Assembly: GCF_009914755.1 (NCBI RefSeq)
Contig: NC_060940.1
Direction: 5' to 3' (one strand)
Length of the DNA: 64,000 bases
Source of the DNA: the human T2T-CHM13v2.0 reference genome, Homo sapiens
Position 1 is the first letter of the stretch. Each line of letters starts with the position of its first letter. A program made the position numbers and the translations under genes. Positions 16,111-31,016 of this stretch are shown one piece after another. The notes beneath the pieces were generated by a model, which was not told the DNA's origin, ran no database searches, and saw only the letters and a program-made list of their open reading frames with translations.

Positions 16111-18324
16111 AGATTGTGTATCATTCAGGTAACTGTGATAATTGTAGAATAACATATAGCCATCAGATATACTATAATACTGTACTACTGATCATAGAGT
16201 TATGTTTTGTTTTCAATCTTTTTCTTAATTTTTTATAAAACAAAAAAAAATTTTACCTATTAAAGTCAGTTCTTAATAGAACAAGTCAAAATGCCCAAGA
16301 AATGCATCCAAAGTACAGTATGAGTTTTTCATTGTTCCTGCCAAATAGTGAATTTGATTATTAAGGATCAACAGGACTTTTAACTTATTGAAGGGGGAAG
16401 AAAGTTATCTTGTATATAGATGACTAAAATGGTGATAGTCTGATTGCCCACATAATCTAATTAAATCACAGTTACTAATTTCCGAAGAAATGTAATTCCA
16501 GAAAAGCATTTTACATTTAAACTGTGTGAAATAAAACAATTTGTATTTGACAATCCAGGACGCACTTAAAATCTCGGCAGACCATCATCAGTCACCCTGT
16601 CAGATATAAAGAAGTTTATTTAGCATTAGAAAGTAACAGAATACCATATATACTTTAGGATAGGTAGCCAATTCTTTTAAAATCAAATAATAGACATTGG
16701 TCGAATATACATATGTTAGAAATGTGTTCTAATAGTACTTTTTTGTTTAGGGATGAAATTCAAAGGGAAGCAGTGAAAGCAGAGATATCACAAGAGGGAA
16801 GATGAAAACGAAATTACACTAATAAATAGAGTCAGGTACTGACTTCCCTACTGATGTCCCCAGAATTCCAAAAATGCTGAGAACTACTATGTACGCATAT
16901 CACCTCATATTTTTCTGTGATATTACATTAGTGTTCTGCAATAAAATATTTAAAAGAAATCATTTAAAAGAAATCCAAACTGCTGATTTGCAAACTATTT
17001 CTGATCAAAACTTAAAATTCTGTCAAAGCATGGCTGTATTTTGATTCCATGTCAGAGGAAGGATATGAGTATCTGATAATGGCTTCCAGCTGTTGCTGTC
17101 AGGTTTTTGTTTGGCAACACATCCAGAAGAGCTTATCAAGGGTTTGAGTAAAAAACAAGCATTTCCCCAAAAACCAGATAAGAAAGATTACACTTTTCCT
17201 CATGAGGACCCTTAGGTTCTGACAATTCTGGGAAAATGTTGGCACAGGAACTCACCAGTCTAGGCCTGACTCTGTGTAGGTAGCTGCTGCAGTTACAAAA
17301 GAATTAGGTAGGATCGTGGTAGGTGTCTTCCATACTTGAACACCGGAAGTGCCATGTACCTAAATAGTAGACCTTACAACTCTAAAAGTGTTCTTTTGAA
17401 GAGGGCACCACCAAAGAGCTTTTAAAATATTAATTTAACTTACTTTTTAGTAATCTTACTTGTTAGAATTTATATTCCCCCTCCTTGAAATTCTCACATT
17501 TAAAATATTTTTGCAACACCTCATCCTCTGATAACCTCTCCTACTTTTCTCTAGCCACTGCTCAGCCTTCTTTACTAACTTCTTTTCCTCTGGGAAATGT
17601 TGATATTCTCAGGATCTTGCCACTGGCCTTCTGTTTATTCCACGTCTTTCCTATCATGGACAAGCTCATTCAGATCTATGACCTTGCCTACGTTATTCCA
17701 AGTCTGCAGCTCCAACCTCAGTTCTACCTCCAGCTAGAAATGCCTAAAATCCAATTACCTACTGAAAATATCCTACATGAATATTCCATTTAACTCAACA
17801 TGCACAGAAAGAGGTTAGTCATTCCTGCTGATCTGCTGCTCTTCTCCATTCACCTGCAAATCTCCTACTCCTTCCTCATGTCCAGGTTAAATGCTAGTTC
17901 ATGACCTGGAAACTGGTAAATCATCTGAGATTTCTCTCTGTGCCCTAAATTTGTATATCCAATAATCACTAACTCATATTATCTCTGTCTCTTCTCTGTC
18001 TCTGCTTTATATTTCCACTACCACTGGTTCTTAACTACTGGCTTTTATAGGCTACCAACAATTAATATTATTTCTTAAATAAAAAAACAAGCAAAACAAA
18101 TGAAAAAGGCAAAAACCAAGAGAAAGATCAACATTTTAAAATTACTAAGTAGCTTTCTAACATCATTTATTTCACCACGGATGGGTGAAACCCTCATAAT
18201 GGACTGATGCTAGTCCAAGGATTGGTGACAAGGAAGCTATAGCTTTGGCTACTGCAAAAGCTTCCTTTGTCTTACAGTCTCTTTATGTGGTACTTTCCAT
18301 CTATCCTCCATATGAGGAATCATC

Positions 18325-18520
18325 CAACTGCAGGCCGCAGGTCCAACCCAGCCTGCCTAATGGTTTTGTAAATAGTTTTATGGGAGCTCAGTCCTGCCTT
18401 TTGCTTACATATTATCTATGACTGCTTTCACACTACCATGGCAGGGTTGAGTAGATATGGCAGAGACCACGTGGCCTGAAATATTTCCCACCTGGTTCTT
18501 TACATTAAAAGCTTCTTAAT
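18325..18520. mobile_element. MER58A-like hAT element
   Basis: ggttttgtaaatagttttatgggagctcagtc...cagagaccacgtggcc. Confidence 0.65.
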
Positions 18521-19099
18521 ACCATAATCAGAATGTCCTAATACTCAAATCTAATCTTGTGACTTTTCTGCTCACAATTCTATAATGAATTCCTACAGAA
18601 AACATTGCTGCCTCCCTACCGGATGACCATTCCTTATCTTTCTTGCTGGAGAACCACAAGTCTATTTGAATATTTATCATCCTAATACTCCCTCCCCATC
18701 CCCAACAAAAGAAATAACTATTCTAATTTAATCATGGTCATTACATTTGTTTTCCCAGTGCCTGGTTTAGGAATGAGCATTTGGTGTAACAAAGCCAATA
18801 AAATGTGAAAGGAAGCCCACTGCAAGCTTCTGAGTTTTCTCCCTATTTCAAAGAAACATGAGAAGAAAAGCAGCCCTTCCAGCCTTCAGAAATTGTGTTG
18901 TGAGAACATGATATTTGGAGCTCTTGCTAATTAGCCAGCCATGAAAGGAGACATGTACAAAACAGCACAGCTGAAACAGGGACACCAAGTGGGACCCAGT
19001 GTTATCACTGAACCACCCACCAAAGCAACTCTGCTTCCTATTGTTTTAGTCACTGTTAGTTAGGTCCTTTAGTATTTGCAGCCCAAAGCACTCTACCTG

Positions 19100-19570
19100 G
19101 TAAATTTCCCATAGCCTGCAGGATAAGATCTACTCAGTTTAATACTATAAAGTATTAAAAAGTCTATCATGAGCTTGCCTTACCTAGGTTTTTCCCTATT
19201 CCCAACCACTCCCATCTCAGTTTCTGCAACAGCAAAATAGAACTGCTCATAAACCCTGCAAAGTTCACTCAAGCATCTTACCTTTTGCACCTGCTGCTCC
19301 TTCTCCCAAGCACGCCATCTTGTTAGATGTTCCTTCTGCCAAACATGAAAACTTGTCAGATGTTCCTTCTGCCCACATCATCCTTCTGCCTCTTTACCTA
19401 GAAAAGTTCTACCCCTTCTGCATGCTTACCTGAAATCCTACCCACTTTTTAACAGCTTTCATTCCTCACCACATTCTTCAAGTGTCTGGCACATATTTAA
19501 CATAATAAGTGATCATTATACACTTCCAGACGGCATCCAGCACATAGTAGTAGGCACTGAATGAAGTAGC
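19100..19570 (+). mobile_element. L2 fragment (hosts ANKRD26P1 exon 6 antisense)
   Basis: cttttgcacctgctgctccttctc and ccagcacatagtagtaggcactgaatgaa resemble L2 3' motifs; boundaries approximate. Confidence 0.6.
19282..19335 (-). CDS. ANKRD26P1: ANKRD26P1 exon 6 (54 nt; alternative in-frame acceptor would start at 19368)
   Basis: ttttcatgtttggcag|AAGGAACATCT...GCAAAAG|gtaaga; phase 1-1; EGTSNKMACLGEGAAGAK, like the EGTS exon that follows NSNP in ANKRD30 proteins. Confidence 0.7.
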
Positions 19571-19610
19571 AAATAATATAAATGAAAATGATCATAACAA
19601 ACTCCTGACT

Positions 19611-20202
<592 letters not shown>

Positions 20203-20307
20203 TAACATGAAAACAAAAGAAGCTTACTCCCTAAAACACTCTTGATAGTTTATTCATTAAATGGACAAGTGTATAAATGAATAAAAATATTTTATTTGAA
20301 AATTATT

Positions 20308-20597
20308 GGCCAGGTGCGGTGGCTCACACCTGTAATCCCAGCCCTTTGGGAGACCGAGGCGGGTGAATCACCTGAGGTCAGGAGTTCGAGACGTCTGGCC
20401 AACATGGTGAAACCCAATCTCTACTAGAAATACAAAAAAAATTAGCCGGGCATGGTGGTGGGTGCCTATAATCCCAGCTACTCAGGAGGCTGAGGCAGGG
20501 AGAATTGCTTGAATCCAGAAGGCAGAGGTTGCAGTGAACCAAGATGGCATCTAGCCTGGGTGACAGCGCAAGACTCCGTCTCAAAAAAAAAAAAAAA
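20308..20597 (+). mobile_element. AluS
   Basis: Alu dimer with A tail. Confidence 0.9.
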
Positions 20598-20725
20598 GAA
20601 TCTTGAAAAAACACACAGATATGAAATAAGGACAGCTGTAGTCTATTATGAGCACCTTAAAGACCAAGACTACGTGTTTCTCACCTGTAGCTTGCAAAAT
20701 CTAACTTGTAAAAGTTCTTCGATTA

Positions 20726-21046
<321 letters not shown>

Positions 21047-21584
21047 CTAAACTAAAAGTGTCCTCATACAGTTCAGACTGTACAATGTATTTGGTGTCAC
21101 ATCTAGGTAGCATAGTAGCATTTTTGTTATTGCGAAGCACTTTTATACTTTTATTATAATTTGTTGAGCCTAGAGTTGAACTATTTCTGGTATTCGTTAC
21201 AATAACCTTTTGGCTACTGGTAAAAGTGTTTTGTTCTAACAAAATTACTGTTATCATGACAATTAACTAGTGAAGAGAAGAACTTATCTTGTTCTAATGA
21301 AGTAAATGTATCTCATTCAATTTCAAATTAGGAAGAATGAAGTCAATAAGTGAGACCTTGTTGGTATAAGAATATGTAACATGACCTGTGCTTTTCAACA
21401 AGAAAATGCTTTTCTGACTTCTACACTTGGTATCTTCAAAAAAAATAATTTTCTATTAGTATTAGTGCACACTGGATAAGTTTTACAGTTCTTATTGACA
21501 TTTGTTTATGGTACCAGAAAGGTATTGTTGAGTTCCCAGTTTTAAAAAGTTACTTTTTTTAGTGACATAAATCACTATGTAATA

Positions 21585-22002
21585 CAGTTGACCTTTGAAC
21601 AACAGGAGTTTAACCTGCAGCAGTCTAATTATATGCAGATTTTCTTCCACCTCTGCCACCTGAGACAGCAAGACCAATCTCCTTCTTCCTCCTTCTCCTC
21701 AGCCTACTCAACTTGGAGACCATGAGGATGACCCACTTCCACTTAATAAATAGTAAATATATTTTTATTCCTTATGATATTCTTAATAGCCATTTTTCTC
21801 TAGCTTGCTTTCTTGTAAGAATATAGTATAGTAACACACGTAACATACCAAATGTCTTAACTGTTTATGTTATGAATAAGGCTCCTGGTCAATAGTCATC
21901 TAATTCGTAGCTAATTTTGGGGGGAATCAAAAGTTACACACAGGTTTTCAGCTGCACACGGGGTCAGTACTGCTAAATCCTATGTTATTCAAAGGTCAAC
22001 TG
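21585..22002 (+). mobile_element. Tigger2a (MER28) complete non-autonomous element
   Basis: Perfect TIRs cagttgacctttgaa / ttcaaaggtcaactg with TA flanks. Confidence 0.88.
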
Positions 22003-22032
22003 TAATTGACATTTATTTACTAAATAAAAGCC

Positions 22033-22330
<298 letters not shown>

Positions 22331-22764
22331 AATAAAAACCATTTATTTTAAAAATTAAATAGAAGCTCCAATTTCATAACATATCCAGTTTGTTATAATG
22401 AGACTATAAATAAAATATACCACATACTAACTTAAAAATCTTTTTTCTTATTTATACAAAAAAATCATATAAGATTTTAGGGACTACAATTAAAGAAATG
22501 ATTCCTTTCAGATAATACTGTTTGAGATTATAAATTATCTACACACAACTTTTTAAATCTGAAATCTAACCTACTAAAAAGAAATTTAAAACACACACAC
22601 ATATGTGTATATGTGTGTGTATATATATATATATGTGTGTGTATGTATATGTGCAGTTTACATAGTGAGCTTTTAAACTACTCTTTGGTGATTAAAACTT
22701 CCTTGCTCTTATTTGTTAATCTATGGTAACACCACCAAGAGTAATTTACTACCAGAAGTCTTAC

Positions 22765-22832
22765 CTGGATTGCTATTTTGAGGATTTCTAGGTGTCTCAT
22801 TTTCTTTGTATTCAGACATTACTTGGTGAATG
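22765..22832 (-). CDS. ANKRD26P1: ANKRD26P1 exon 5 (68 nt)
   Basis: ttttacacag|CATTCAC...AATCCAG|gtaaga; (S)IHQVMSEYKENETPRNPQNSNP, the family SEYKE..QNSNP exon. Confidence 0.88.
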
Positions 22833-23065
22833 CTGTGTAAAAACGAAATAAGTAAAATTACTATTTTAAAACTGATATAAAAATAATTACCAAAAATGTT
22901 AAATTATTAGAGTATTTCAAATGATATCAGTGTTAATTTTAGAATTTTAATTATCCCATACACTTCCCATTTGTAAGCTCTACAAACTTCTCTTTAAGCA
23001 AAAATAACATGAAGTACTCATGAACTGAAGGCAGTATAGTTCAGTAAATTAACTTGCATTAGCCT

Positions 23066-24014
23066 TGTGGGCGGCAAGCCATCCAGGTGCCAACGCAAGA
23101 GACCGAGGGCACAAGCTGTTCCAGTGTAATAAAATATATAAAATAATAGTTATACTAGATACAGATCATAGATATGATTATGTATTAATATCATTCATCA
23201 TTAGTTTGCAGCAATTACTCTTTATTCCAATATTATAATAATCTTCACTCTAGATAGGAGCTGAGGGAACATAGTGAGAAGTGACCAGAAGACAAGAGTG
23301 CGAGCCGTCTGTTATGCCTGGACAGGGCCACCAGAGGGCTCCTTGGTCTAGCTGTAGCGCCAGCATGTGGGAAGACGCCCGTTGACAAGCGGACCGTGGT
23401 CTGGCGGTAGCGTCAGTGTTAAGGAAAAACACCCGCTACTTAGCAGACAGGGAAAGGAAGTCTCCCTTTCCCCGGAGGAGTTTAGAGAAGACTCTACTCC
23501 TCCACCTCTTGTGGAGGGCCTGACTGATAACCTGCAGTTATCCGGAGGCCTAACCATCTCCCTGTGATGCTGTGCTTCAGTGGTCACGCTCCTAGTCCGC
23601 CTTCATGTTCCATCCTGTACACTGGCTCTGCCTTTTAGATAGTAGTAGCAAGTTAGTGAAAGTACTAAAAGTCTCTGATAAGCAGAAATAATGGCATAAG
23701 CTGTCTCTCTCCTCTGTCTTTCTGCCTCGGCTGACAGGCAGGGAAGAGCCCCCTGTCCAGTGGACACATGACCCACGTGACCTTACCTATCATTGGAAAT
23801 GGCTCACACTCCTTACCCTGCCCCTTTGTCTTGTATCCAATAAATATCAGCGCAGCCTGGCATTCTGGGCCACTACCGGTCTCCGCATCTTGGTGGTAGT
23901 GGTCCCCCGGGCCCAGCTGTCTTTTATCTGTTTGTCCTGTGTCTTTATTTCTACACTCTCTCGTCTCCGCACACGGGGAGAAAACCCACCGACCCTGTGG
24001 GGCTGGACCCTACA
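23066..24014 (+). mobile_element. LTR13-type ERVK solo LTR
   Basis: tgtgggcggcaagcc...ggctggaccctaca; TSD agcct (23061-23065 / 24015-24019). Confidence 0.88.
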
Positions 24015-24887
24015 AGCCTGACAATAATGGAAAGTGTCTTAACTCAGAATAAGCCCTAGCTCCATAACCAAAAGCTACTAGTTCTTGGATGAGTTGCTTT
24101 TGTTAGGTTCAATGTCTTCTTCTAAAAAGTGAGAATTTTACTGTCTTGTTTTACTAGGTTGTTATAAAAACTTGAGATAACGTATTTTGAATGTTCAGAA
24201 AAATAGCGAAGCAATGAAATAATTTGTTCTTGAACTTTATTGGTGAAACTATCTTGGAACTGCAAATAATATCCAATGCGTATTTTTTGTAGGTTCTAAT
24301 ATTGAAATGTTGTGGTACTTGGGAAATATTATTAAGTCCTAATTTTGTTTATTAGGTGTTCTACTCTTTGTGGCTTCTAATTTAGGGCATCTCATATATT
24401 TCATAGTTTGTAACTACATTTATTTATAAACCTATTATCTCATTAAATTAGATAACATTAATTGTCTACTGTTACTGAGCTCATCGATCATACCAAAGGC
24501 AAAAAACTAATAGATATTAAGACCTGCCTTGGACTACTATTCCTTCTTTACAGACTCAAACTCTGAACCAGTAGATCTTTGTTAGAATGATGCTTAATCT
24601 CCATGTTCACCTCCAACTGACATAAAAGATAAAACTCTTTTTGTAAGTTCCATGAAGGAGATGCAAGTTGACATTTTTCTCATTTCTGAGACACATACTA
24701 ACAATATATTTGCACACAACATCCCATGTTTTACTCAGCTCCATTCTCATTCCATAGATCACTGTATGTGAATATTTTTGTAGTGAAAATCACAATTTCA
24801 ATATTAAGTGCCAACCATTTTGCTTTGACTCATGCTGTTTCCTCGGAGCTAGTCAGAAAATTGTCAAATGACCTCCAGGGACTGCAC

Positions 24888-24993
24888 AAAATATGAACCA
24901 CTTCATGAACTTGTGTGTCATCCTTATGCAGGAGCAATGCTAATTTTCTCTGTATTATTCCAGTGTTAGGATGTGTGCTGCTGAAGCAAAGAC
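24888..24993 (-). pseudogene. U6 snRNA pseudogene (full length, diverged)
   Basis: Reverse complement aligns over the whole U6 sequence (gcttcagcagcacac...atacagagaaaattagcat...aaggatgacacacaa...catatttt); no correctly spaced PSE/TATA. Confidence 0.92.
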
Positions 24994-25113
24994 AAAACCT
25001 ACTTTACACGTGAATACTCATGAGTCATGGATGAGACTTAGCTCTGATAAACCCAATAAACCTACTTTGTTGTTGAATGGCTTCCTGTGAGGTAGAATAT
25101 GAAAATATTTTTA

Positions 25114-25482
<369 letters not shown>

Positions 25483-25869
25483 TCATTATTATGGAAAACA
25501 GATTGCTTGAGGATAAAACCACATATTGAAAAAAAAAAAAAAAGAAAGAAAAAGAAAACACACAAATTGGCACCCACTGCTCTAGGGAAGGATAATATAG
25601 AACCTTCCACTCCCTAAGAAAATGTGCTAAACAGCTGTAAAGGCGCCTCAGAGTACAGATCTGGTAACAATGGAGTAAGAAAACACTGATCTCTTTCTGC
25701 AACATTATTTAACCTCTTTGACAGTTTAGAACAATCTCAACTACTATTTGACAGAAAAAAGACAAACAAGGGCCTCAAAGGATAACTTACCACGAATGCC
25801 TCAGCTAAGTCTAAGCTAAGATGTGGGCTCCACAGAAGGTTTCGAGTGTGGGGGAAGGTTGGTCAATTT

Positions 25870-25872
<3 letters not shown>

Positions 25873-25900
<28 letters not shown>

Positions 25901-26179
25901 GAGACGGAGTCTCGCTGTCACCCAGGCTGGAGTGCAGTGGCGCGATCTCGGCTCACTGCAGGCTCCGCCCCCTGGGTTCACGCCATTCTCCTGCCTCACT
26001 CTCCTGAGTAGCTGGGACTACAGGCGCCCGCTACCTCGCCCGGCTAATTTTTTGTATTTTTAGTAGAGACGGGGTTTCACCGTGTTAGCCAGGATGGTCT
26101 CGATCTCCTGCCCTCGTGATCCGCCCGCCTCGGCCTCCCAAAGTGCTGGGATTACAGGCGTGAGCCACCGCGCCTGGCT
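25873..26179 (-). mobile_element. Young AluY-subfamily element
   Basis: CpG-rich, long pure T tract, TSD aaggttggtcaattttct (25855-25872 / 26180-26197). Confidence 0.92.
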
Positions 26180-26945
26180 AAGGTTGGTCAATTTTCTCAC
26201 TATGTGTGTGGCTAAAGCTAGGATGCCCAGCTGTCAGAGCAGGATGCTAGTGCTTTGGGAACAATGGCTGAGCATATATGTATGTGAACTAAAAAAAGTT
26301 ATAGCTATGAAGTCTATGTATGAATCACCATGAAAACTGAGGGCTCTGAATTAGTAAGCGAATCCTGGTGGGAAAAGTCAAGCATTAACAGACTGCAGAA
26401 CCACTTTTAACGGCAATAATGCAGGAAAAGAATCAAAGGAAACAACAGAATGATTAGAATGTCCTTTTCTTCCCTTCCTTCTGACCGGTAAAAGATTGTC
26501 ATTTTTATCCTTCTTGGACTTAGGAAACCCCTTAGGTTCTTGAAAAATTGAAAGAGGAGGGTATAGGAGATAGCCCTCAAAAGACCATACAAGATTTTCT
26601 GCTAAACTGAACATTTCAAGACCCAAATAATTAATTAGAGAAATCAGAGATGTGGCACTATTTTTATCCTACGCATGTGGCTATACTTGGAGTAAAAGGG
26701 ACAATGTTGGGATCTCTAAGGTAAAGATCTCAAAAGTCCTGAGATAAAGAATTCTGCACCCATTGATACTTCTAACCAGTCCAGCCTTTTGCCTGATTTC
26801 TGGCTGATAAAGTGGACTAACTCACTGTCACTCCAAAACGACCTGAATTAAACTATAAAATCTCACCTGATGTATAGGATGCAATAGCTATAATTATTTT
26901 AAGCCTCAATTTAGTGTAAACTAGCCTTCTAATATAAAAACTTGC

Positions 26946-27083
26946 CTAGTAAAAGGACTAAAAATGGCATAATCTTCTGCAGCCCATCTAGACATATCTT
27001 GGGAAAACACATCAGCATTTTGCTGAAGAAGAATGCTGACTATTCTTGCTGATTCACAATGTACAGCAAGAATGAGGGCTGTT
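26946..27083 (-). pseudogene. ANKRD26P1: Cryptic/fossil ankyrin exon of ANKRD26P1 (138 nt, open, acceptor AG>AA, GC donor)
   Basis: [45 protein letters not shown]; gttttAA|A at the acceptor, AG|gcaagt at the donor. Confidence 0.85.
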
Positions 27084-27556
27084 TTAAAACACCAGAGAGA
27101 TAAATTCTTTCTTAGGAACTTTAAGAAAGTTATTTAAAAAGCTAATTTGATATAATATACCAATTTAATATCTTGCCTGTCCATGTAGAATTAAACATTT
27201 ACATGTACTAACAAACATAAGCATCTTGGGTGCTCAAGTGTTCATCTTCATAAATTACCACCAATGCTTAAAAAAAAAAAAAAAAAAAAAAGCCTCTTGT
27301 CCCAGTAGAGTATTATATCATAGAAGTTGCTAACTTAAAGTCCTTTGATGAGCAAGAAACTATGCTGAGATCCCTTATCTAATGTAGGCAAAGATTTAAA
27401 GACAGATACATTGTAATTCAAAATCAGCTAGGGGTCAGATAAGTAAGAGCCATCTGCAGGCAGGAAACAATAATACTAATACTAACGGTAACAATAATAA
27501 TAATCATAGTAGTTTCAGTTAATGATGCCGATACACATGTGCTAGGCACTGAACTA

Positions 27557-27561
<5 letters not shown>

Positions 27562-27614
<53 letters not shown>
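27562..27614. repeat. (TA)n microsatellite within a MIR-like region
   Basis: About 26 TA units. Confidence 0.95.
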
Positions 27615-27618
<4 letters not shown>

Positions 27619-27883
27619 CTTTCTTCCACACAACCACCCTTGAAGGATATATTATTATCCTCCTTTTCATATAGAAAAACATATTTGGTGATAAGTAATG
27701 TTCCCAGGTCACATTTCTAGCAAGTGAGAAAGCTAGGACTTAAACCCAGTCTTGTGTGAATCTAAAGCCTAGCTCTTTTCTCTTTTTCACCCACCTATGG
27801 CTTGTCTTCATTAGAAGAAGAAGTTATTCATTTAAAGCTATATTTTCTTCCTCTGCCCATAGCAATTACAAATAAAAACATCA

Positions 27884-28205
<322 letters not shown>

Positions 28206-28783
28206 CTAGAAATGAAATAGAAAAAACTAATGAACCCACGGTATCTGGTAATAGCAATTAACAGCCACATAGGGATAACTTAACATTACTATTTTTCAAA
28301 GAAAGCAACTTAAAGAGTCATCTAGAAGAAAAAATGATTTTCAACTCCTATTTATGTCTAATATAGCATGTTTAAAGGAAGAGCATATAAGAAGCAGAGG
28401 TTAAAAACTACTATAAAAGGGTTAAGAAGTTCAATATTTATTAAATCTTAAAGTATACTAAAAGTTAAAATCTACATTTCATACAACTAACAAAACCAAT
28501 ATAAAAACACTTTGGTCAGGTCACATGACCAAAAACATCACATTACAAATAACAAACACCAGTCAATATAATAAGAGAAGATGAATCCTACTATATACTC
28601 TTCTCTATGTTGCCCAGTCCAAATAATTGTTTTTCTACTTAACCGATGATTTGTGTTGATATTTTTTACTATATCACAATAATTACAAGTTAATCTTCTT
28701 ATTAATCTAGTATTTCTAACTAGAGAGACTGTTATCACTCTAGAATATCAGTCAGGTTTTAAAAAAAGAACTAATTACTGTAC

Positions 28784-28887
28784 CTTTCAAGCTTAACTGC
28801 AGTTAAATTTTCTTTTTGCTTTCTTAAAAAGTCTTCCATTTGCTGTTTTTGTTCATGTACAGCTAGCAAAAATGGTGTGAGTTCATC
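28784..28887 (-). CDS. ANKRD26P1: ANKRD26P1 exon 4 (104 nt)
   Basis: ttttacag|GATGAACTC...TTGAAAG|gtacag; DELTPFLLAVHEQKQQMEDFLRKQKENLTAVKLE ankyrin repeat. Confidence 0.9.
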
Positions 28888-30159
28888 CTGTAAAACGGCA
28901 AGAGCAACTGATAATTCACAACGTTACATATTTCTCAACTGAGCTGGAAACTTTATATTTATGTAAGTAAGTAAGTCCCTTCCTTTTTATTCTTCTTTGC
29001 TTTTCCGTGTGCTGTTCCTTCCCTTGGAAAAACCCCTTCTCCTCCACCTCACCACATGAACTCTGGTCATCTCCAAAACTCACTTCAATACCAGCTCCAA
29101 TAATCTTCACTTCTGTCACAGCACTTAACATAGTATATTGTAATGATTTTATTGTTTTCCATGTAAACCAAGAGCTTCTTGAGGGCAGGGGCTCTACCTT
29201 TTATCTCTATATTCCCAAATCTTAAGACATATTAGTAAAAGCTTCAAGCGTTTTTATTAATGATCTAAATTATTGCGTCTAGTGTTTCTTAAGCTGCATT
29301 GCAAAGAATGTTTACTTTACCAGATGTGTAACACATCCAGCTACAGCTAAGAATAACCTAGAAAGGCTTATAGGGACGCTAATGAGAAGGTGGTTATTTA
29401 TGGCAAATATAAAAAATGAGAGTTAAATATAAAGAATATTTACCATAAATAAAAAGAATATAGAATTTAGCAGTTTTTTTTTAAACTTCTAAATTTTAAA
29501 ATTCAACTCTGGTGCTAAGGGATTTATATAAAATATAGGCTATATATTATAAACAAATAGAAACTGTCTTGAAAGCCTTGACATCTTTATCAAAATATAC
29601 TGTAAGACGAGAGTTGTCAAATGCTTACAAGGGCAAAGGGGGTGACCTAAGTGAGGTACCTAGGTGGGCACCACAGCAAACTAGAGAACACAGGCCTCAT
29701 AGAAAGGGGTAACCTCTGCACATCAGACCAAACAGTGATGTGGGCTCAAGGGACACCAGATTTGGTTCTTAAGAGAAGCCTAAAATCCAGATTTGTATAT
29801 AAGTCTCCTAAATTTTACCTGTTGACACAATTTATGAAGGCAAGTGAAACATACCTATGGGCCACATTTAGACCGCAGCCCTTGCATTTTTAAACTTGCC
29901 GTGGGTGTGTTGCCAAATGGTTGTGCATAAAGTAAGTATTTGCATGTAAAATATTTTTTCTTTAGTTTCAGATGTTTTACCAAAAAAACAGTTCCCAACA
30001 TATAATAAAATTTGCTACTAAGACTCACACTACCCACTTCAGTAATTTTTCTAGCATTTATTCATTTAAAATCTGTTAGTAAGTAGTTTTCTGAGATTGT
30101 TAGCCAAATAGATATTTAGTTCATAGGAATGCTGAAACGAAATGATTAAAAGAATTTAT

Positions 30160-30532
<373 letters not shown>

Positions 30533-30721
30533 CTATGAACAGACATACTGATATAGCCCATAATACAGCTTCAACAACAACAACAAAATGTTTAGAATTT
30601 GCTACAATTCTAGTTAAGGAAACTCCACTTGTAATAAAGATTTATTGGCCTAATTACCTGAATGGTAACAAAGAGATGTGAAGTCCTGAAGGGGTCAGCC
30701 TCCACTTAGTGAAATACTGCC

Positions 30722-31016
30722 CAGGCTGAGTGTACTAGCTCATGCCTGTAATCCCAGCACTTTTGGAAGCTGAGGCAGAAGGGCTGCTTGAAGCAACCGA
30801 GAGTTTGAGACCAGCCTGGGCAATATAGTGAAACCCTGTATGTACAAAAAATTTAAAAATTGGCTGGGCATGATGGTGCATGTCTGTAGTCTCAGCTACT
30901 CAGGAGGCTGAGGTAGGAGGATCACTTGAGTTCCAGAAGGTTGAGGCTGCACTGAGCTTTGATTGTGCCACTGCACTCCAGCCTAGGTGACAGAGCAAGA
31001 TCCTGTCTCAAAAAAA
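30722..31016 (+). mobile_element. AluJ
   Basis: Diverged Alu dimer. Confidence 0.85.

Noticed and set aside
17256-17359. Possible minus-strand exon (tatttag|GTAC...ACTG|gtgagt)
   Set aside because: Plausible splice sites but no recognisable family homology, and a stop appears after 18 codons in the incoming phase; cannot be supported without RNA data.
24994-25040. PSE-like sequence upstream of the U6 copy
   Set aside because: Sits at about -41 to -23 rather than -65 to -48, no TATA box, and the U6 body is heavily mutated.
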